DNA from: Octopus bimaculoides
Lineage: Eukaryota
Length of the DNA stretch: 40,976 nt
NCBI RefSeq assembly: GCF_001194135.2
Contig: NC_068982.1
Coordinates: 159,598,369 to 159,639,344, forward strand
Reading direction: 5' to 3'
Shown here: positions 36,661 through 40,976 of the stretch, in pieces
How positions within the stretch are numbered: the stretch's first letter is position 1
Layout of the letters: every line of letters starts with the position of its first letter
The notes under the pieces: generated by a model
The model's input: the letters and a program-made list of their open reading frames with translations, nothing else
Databases searched by the model: none
Told to the model about the DNA's origin: nothing
Made by a program: the position numbers and the translations under genes

Positions 36661-39600
36661 TTACATACTACTTCAGAAAGATTGAAATAACTACGAAATA
36701 TTCGTCCTCGCAATAAATTATGTTCTCTTACAGTTCAGATAACACAAATAAGTAACTAGCTTACAGTGGACGAAATCCAGCCCACTACATAATTCAATAT
36801 GATAATGATAAAATATACTACTTTGATCGCAAGTATCATCCTTGAAGCAAAATATTTTTTTTAAAAATGACTTTGTCACTTGAAGTGTAAAGGTGGCTGT
36901 CTAGACAGGAAATAAATAGGACTAAGGCAAAGCATGTCATCTTGCAAGACATTTGCATTGGTATCAAGTCGACTTAGAAGAATAAAAATGTTTTATGGAA
37001 GTCTTGTTAATATATTAACAAACAAGTGTGGAAGGATCAAGATAAATCTGCAAAACAGAGAAAGAGACTTATATCTTCATAAAGCCAGTTTCAAGTATAT
37101 TTATCAATGCTAATGTTCAAAATTTAGAAAAACAGAAGAAACGTGAAACAAACCATATAAAACCACGTAACCCTGCGATGTTCAAATAGTGGCTGACGAA
37201 ACTCGTAGAGTCACTTACTGTTAAATATGTGTACATGAAAATATTCTTATTGATTTAACTGCATCAGGTTATTCAAGTGTTATTGATCCGCCTTGTCAGG
37301 TGAAAATATTTGGTGATTTAAAATAATGTGCGATGTCAACTCGGAAATGCTCTAGAAAGAAAAGTAATGTGGATGTGAATGATTAGAATCCATATAAACA
37401 TGAAATATTGCAAGCGTCGTTGTAAAGGATTCTTTATTCTGTATCAGAAAGCAGTGAGATTTTGAACAATAGAATGGATTTTTTGCCAACGACTAAGTAT
37501 AGATATGTGTGTGTCCATGTACGCGTATTTGTGCGCGTGTGTGTATGTGTGAGTGTATAAGTGTGTCCTTGTGTGTGTACAATTGATGTAAGCAAAATCT
37601 AACAAATAAAGCGAAATTTCAAAATATAACAATTGAATACGTAGGTGCCACTATTTATTCTTTTGATGCCCAAAGGAAATTTCTTGCTTTTCTTCTAATT
37701 TAATTTTTCTAGTGCAAGACACGTCTTATATACAGTTATAAATGTGTGCGTTGTTGGGTCTTGACGACTATAGAGTGTATCCCATCCACGTCGTTTAGTG
37801 AGCTCTAAATAGCATAAGTGATAGAAACAAGTCCTGTCAAACAAGAAATGGTGCAAGGAGGTGTAAGGCTTATATAATATATGGAAAGTCTTGATTTTCA
37901 GTTGATTGCTTTTTATATGATAGATATTTCAATTATAATAGGGCTTAGTATATCATAAGTGCGTCATATCTCTTGAGATGTTTGACACTTTGTGGATTCA
38001 TATGCATCGGGATCATAGATTGAACATAATGTTTGTTCTCATTTATATTTTACTGGGTAATACTTCATGTATTCTGTTATAGAGCGGTTTGCTATATGTT
38101 AAAATAAAAATTCGTCTCATAAACATTATCGTTCTATTAAGCATTACTGAAGACTAAAGTATTTATCCGGCTAATATGATATATATGAATGGTGCTTATC
38201 TACAATTTAGCAAACTAAAAATCGTAACAAATATAATTCGCAATGAATAGTCACTTTTAGAACTGACTTGAAAATATTTTATCTCTTCATTGTTATAACC
38301 TGACGTAAATAAGTACACAAATGTTGCTAAAAGAAAACTGCATGAGCATTGCCAAGTGTTTTGTGTAGTTTTATTTTTTCGTTTTGCTATAAAGCCCTTG
38401 CAGTCTTTTTTACCTTCTTGCGTCGTAACTTTGGTAAAAAGCAAACGTTCTAAGTCTAGCGTATTAATATATAGATGATGTATATTTCGCTACATAATTT
38501 CAATGTCTCTACAAATGTTTATTTTATCTCTAATATCCCGTTGGTGGAAATTTTTTGCTAATATCGGTAATGCAGCAATAATAACACCACACGCACTCGC
38601 TCAGATACACACAAACACGCATACAAAGACAGACAGACATATATATACACGCGTGCACGCGCACACATGTGTGCGTATGTGTCTGTGCATGTGTATCTGT
38701 AAATATATTTGATTAGATTCAAAATTTCTTTTTTCATATTACATAATTCGCTATCACAAAGAATAGAGCCGTCATACATCTATATTTTTGTATTGTAACA
38801 TTGTTTTCATTAGCAACACATTTACTCTCTCACAAATTCCGTATTGATCTTTACAAATTACCAATATACTTACTAATACAACTGCCTTTATATCGCTTTT
38901 CTGTTCAACACCCAATTCATGAGTTTGCATAATATACGATGAACATCATTGAACATTAAACATCCTTAGTAAGTTAAATCACCTTCTACTCGACTATTTA
39001 ACTAGGAAGTCCTAATGTTGATTTTACCTCAAAACCTATTAAATATTTGAATTTACATTCTTTAAATTCAGTAATTTAAATCTGCATTCATATCATTATT
39101 TTCTTATTGCTTTATAGTTTATCAAAATTAAAAAAAAAAAAACAAGGTTAAATAATTCTAATAGCAAAGAATGATAAACACGCTCATACTTGCATCCGAT
39201 TGAAGATATCGAAGCTTACATACAAATAATTCACAGAAAACCAATGCATGAAAAGTTGAAAGAGCTATAAATAAATAGAAATCATACTTTCATATAGTAA
39301 ATTAAATGATATAGGATATATTAAATATCGCAAGGAGCTTTATATGCAAATTTCTATTTAAAATCGCTATTTTAAATATTACGTTATAATTCCTAAATCT
39401 TTGAACATCCAAACACACAACTAAATACACACGCAGCCATATATGCACAAACAAATAATCATACATACCTGCAAAAATTCATGTACGAACAAAAGTCCAC
39501 ATGAAATACAATGATGCATAGATACACGTGAGCGTAACTACAAAATAAGGAAAAAATGTAACATTAGAAATGAACACAATATAGAACTACAAATAAAGAT

Positions 39601-40390
39601 AATATGAATAATTACGTAGTATACTATGAAGTGCGTCAAAATCAACAATTTAGGAAAACGTTCACTACAACATATCTAATAAAGCACATAGTATTAAGAG
39701 TTTTATACAAACATAAACCACAAATCAATGCAGTACTTTACACTCACTCGACACACCAAACAACTATTTCCCCCTGGCCTGAAAGCACAAGCACATGTGC
39801 ACAAGAATTTCAACACATATCTAAATCTCAAAAACAAAATTACACAAATATATATCAACACAAAATGAAATCATCTGCTGCACCAAACTAGACAGTCCAT
39901 ACGTAACCTTCACTATATTATTGATCTTGGTAATTTGAATGCAAAATATGTACCCTTTTACATCTTTTTACTATATGAAAAATATTTTTCCCCATTGTAA
40001 TTGCACCGAATAGCTGCGAGGAGTGGAAATATGCCACAAACATATCTTAACCAACATACAGTTTGCTTATGATTGATGCTCGACGCTGTTACTGGTGATT
40101 TCGCCGGACCTGGCTGTCCAATGGCGTTGCCCAGTCAATGCTGCTGACTGATTTATTTAAGGCTAGAGCTTTAAATCTGTTGAGAGTTACTTCGCTTGGG
40201 TATTTCCTATTCCTTACGAATAAAGAGCTAGAAATGCAACGTCTGGTAATCGTAAAAGGGGCAACAATGTGCACATATTTTTTTTAATACCTTTTACCTT
40301 AACAAAGAACATTTTGTCCTCAGTAACAGCAGTGAAATTGCCTTGAGAATTTCAAATAAGTCAAGAATATATTTTATCTTGGCGCTCATA

Positions 40391-40602
40391 ATTCTGTTGT
40401 GTCCTTGAGCAAGACACTTTATTGCTTGTTGCTCCAGTCCTCTCAGCTGGCAAGAATGAGTAGTACCTGTATTTCAAAGGGCCAGCGTTGTACAATTCTG
40501 TGCTACTCTGAATCTCCCTGAAAACTACACAATTGGTGCACGTGTCTGTAGACTGCTCAGCCACTTGCACGTTCATTTCACGAGAAAACTGTTCCGTTGA
40601 TT
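40391..40602 (+). mobile_element. Truncated SINE sharing its 3' half with the SINE at 19826-20209
   Basis: Exact 24-nt match GTACCTGTATTTCAAAGGGCCAGC (40463-40486 versus the reverse complement of 19989-20012), with continued similarity to CTGTTCCGTTGAT. A CORE-like GTCCTTGAGCAAGACACTT lies upstream. Confidence 0.85.
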
Positions 40603-40976
40603 GTATATATGATTGCCAAAGAGGACAAGACATCTACTATTAGGACTTTAACCTCTATGGACCTACGCAGCATTGCACCTAAGGCCTTACAGACTTACTT
40701 CTACAATATCGAAATTTCAACTATGAACATTTATGCTTCTTTTCTATTCGCTTTCATCATCTTATTCGTGTACTCCTTTCCTCTATGTCATAATTTCATT
40801 AATCTGTATTATTCTCTTTTTCCCTATGTGTCTCCTATGACAAAATATCCCATGCTGTAGGATATCCCAGAAACAGCTGTAAGACTTAAAATAATTTTTC
40901 CAATAATAATGCATGACTTGAGATGTTTGCCTTGCCTTAGCATGTGTTGCTCTCTTTAACAATTAAATATGGTATA

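Noticed and set aside
40050-40290. GC-richer segment with short ORFs on both strands
   Set aside because: I recognise no domain or splice pattern, so it is left unassigned.

Overview
AT-rich eukaryotic DNA, intronic or intergenic, with dense microsatellites and six assembly gaps. The tRNA-derived SINE families and the repeat style point to an octopus-like cephalopod genome, which is my recognition and not a database result. I could not support any host protein-coding exon; most ORFs in the track are microsatellite or N-gap artefacts. The recognisable content is decayed mobile DNA: several RTE-clade LINE families, two restriction-like-endonuclease (R4/Dong/NeSL-type) LINE relics, Penelope-like relics, a CR1-like RT relic, a near full-length mariner and four or five SINEs. 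The most striking signal is two unrelated RTE insertions (7941-9135 and 28701-32245) that each carry an inverted 5' segment joined back-to-back with the sense 3' segment. This is the architecture that twin priming produces in mammalian L1. Also notable are an RTE family with three tandem C2H2 fingers at its C-terminus and an intact hammerhead ribozyme catalytic core at 179-253.
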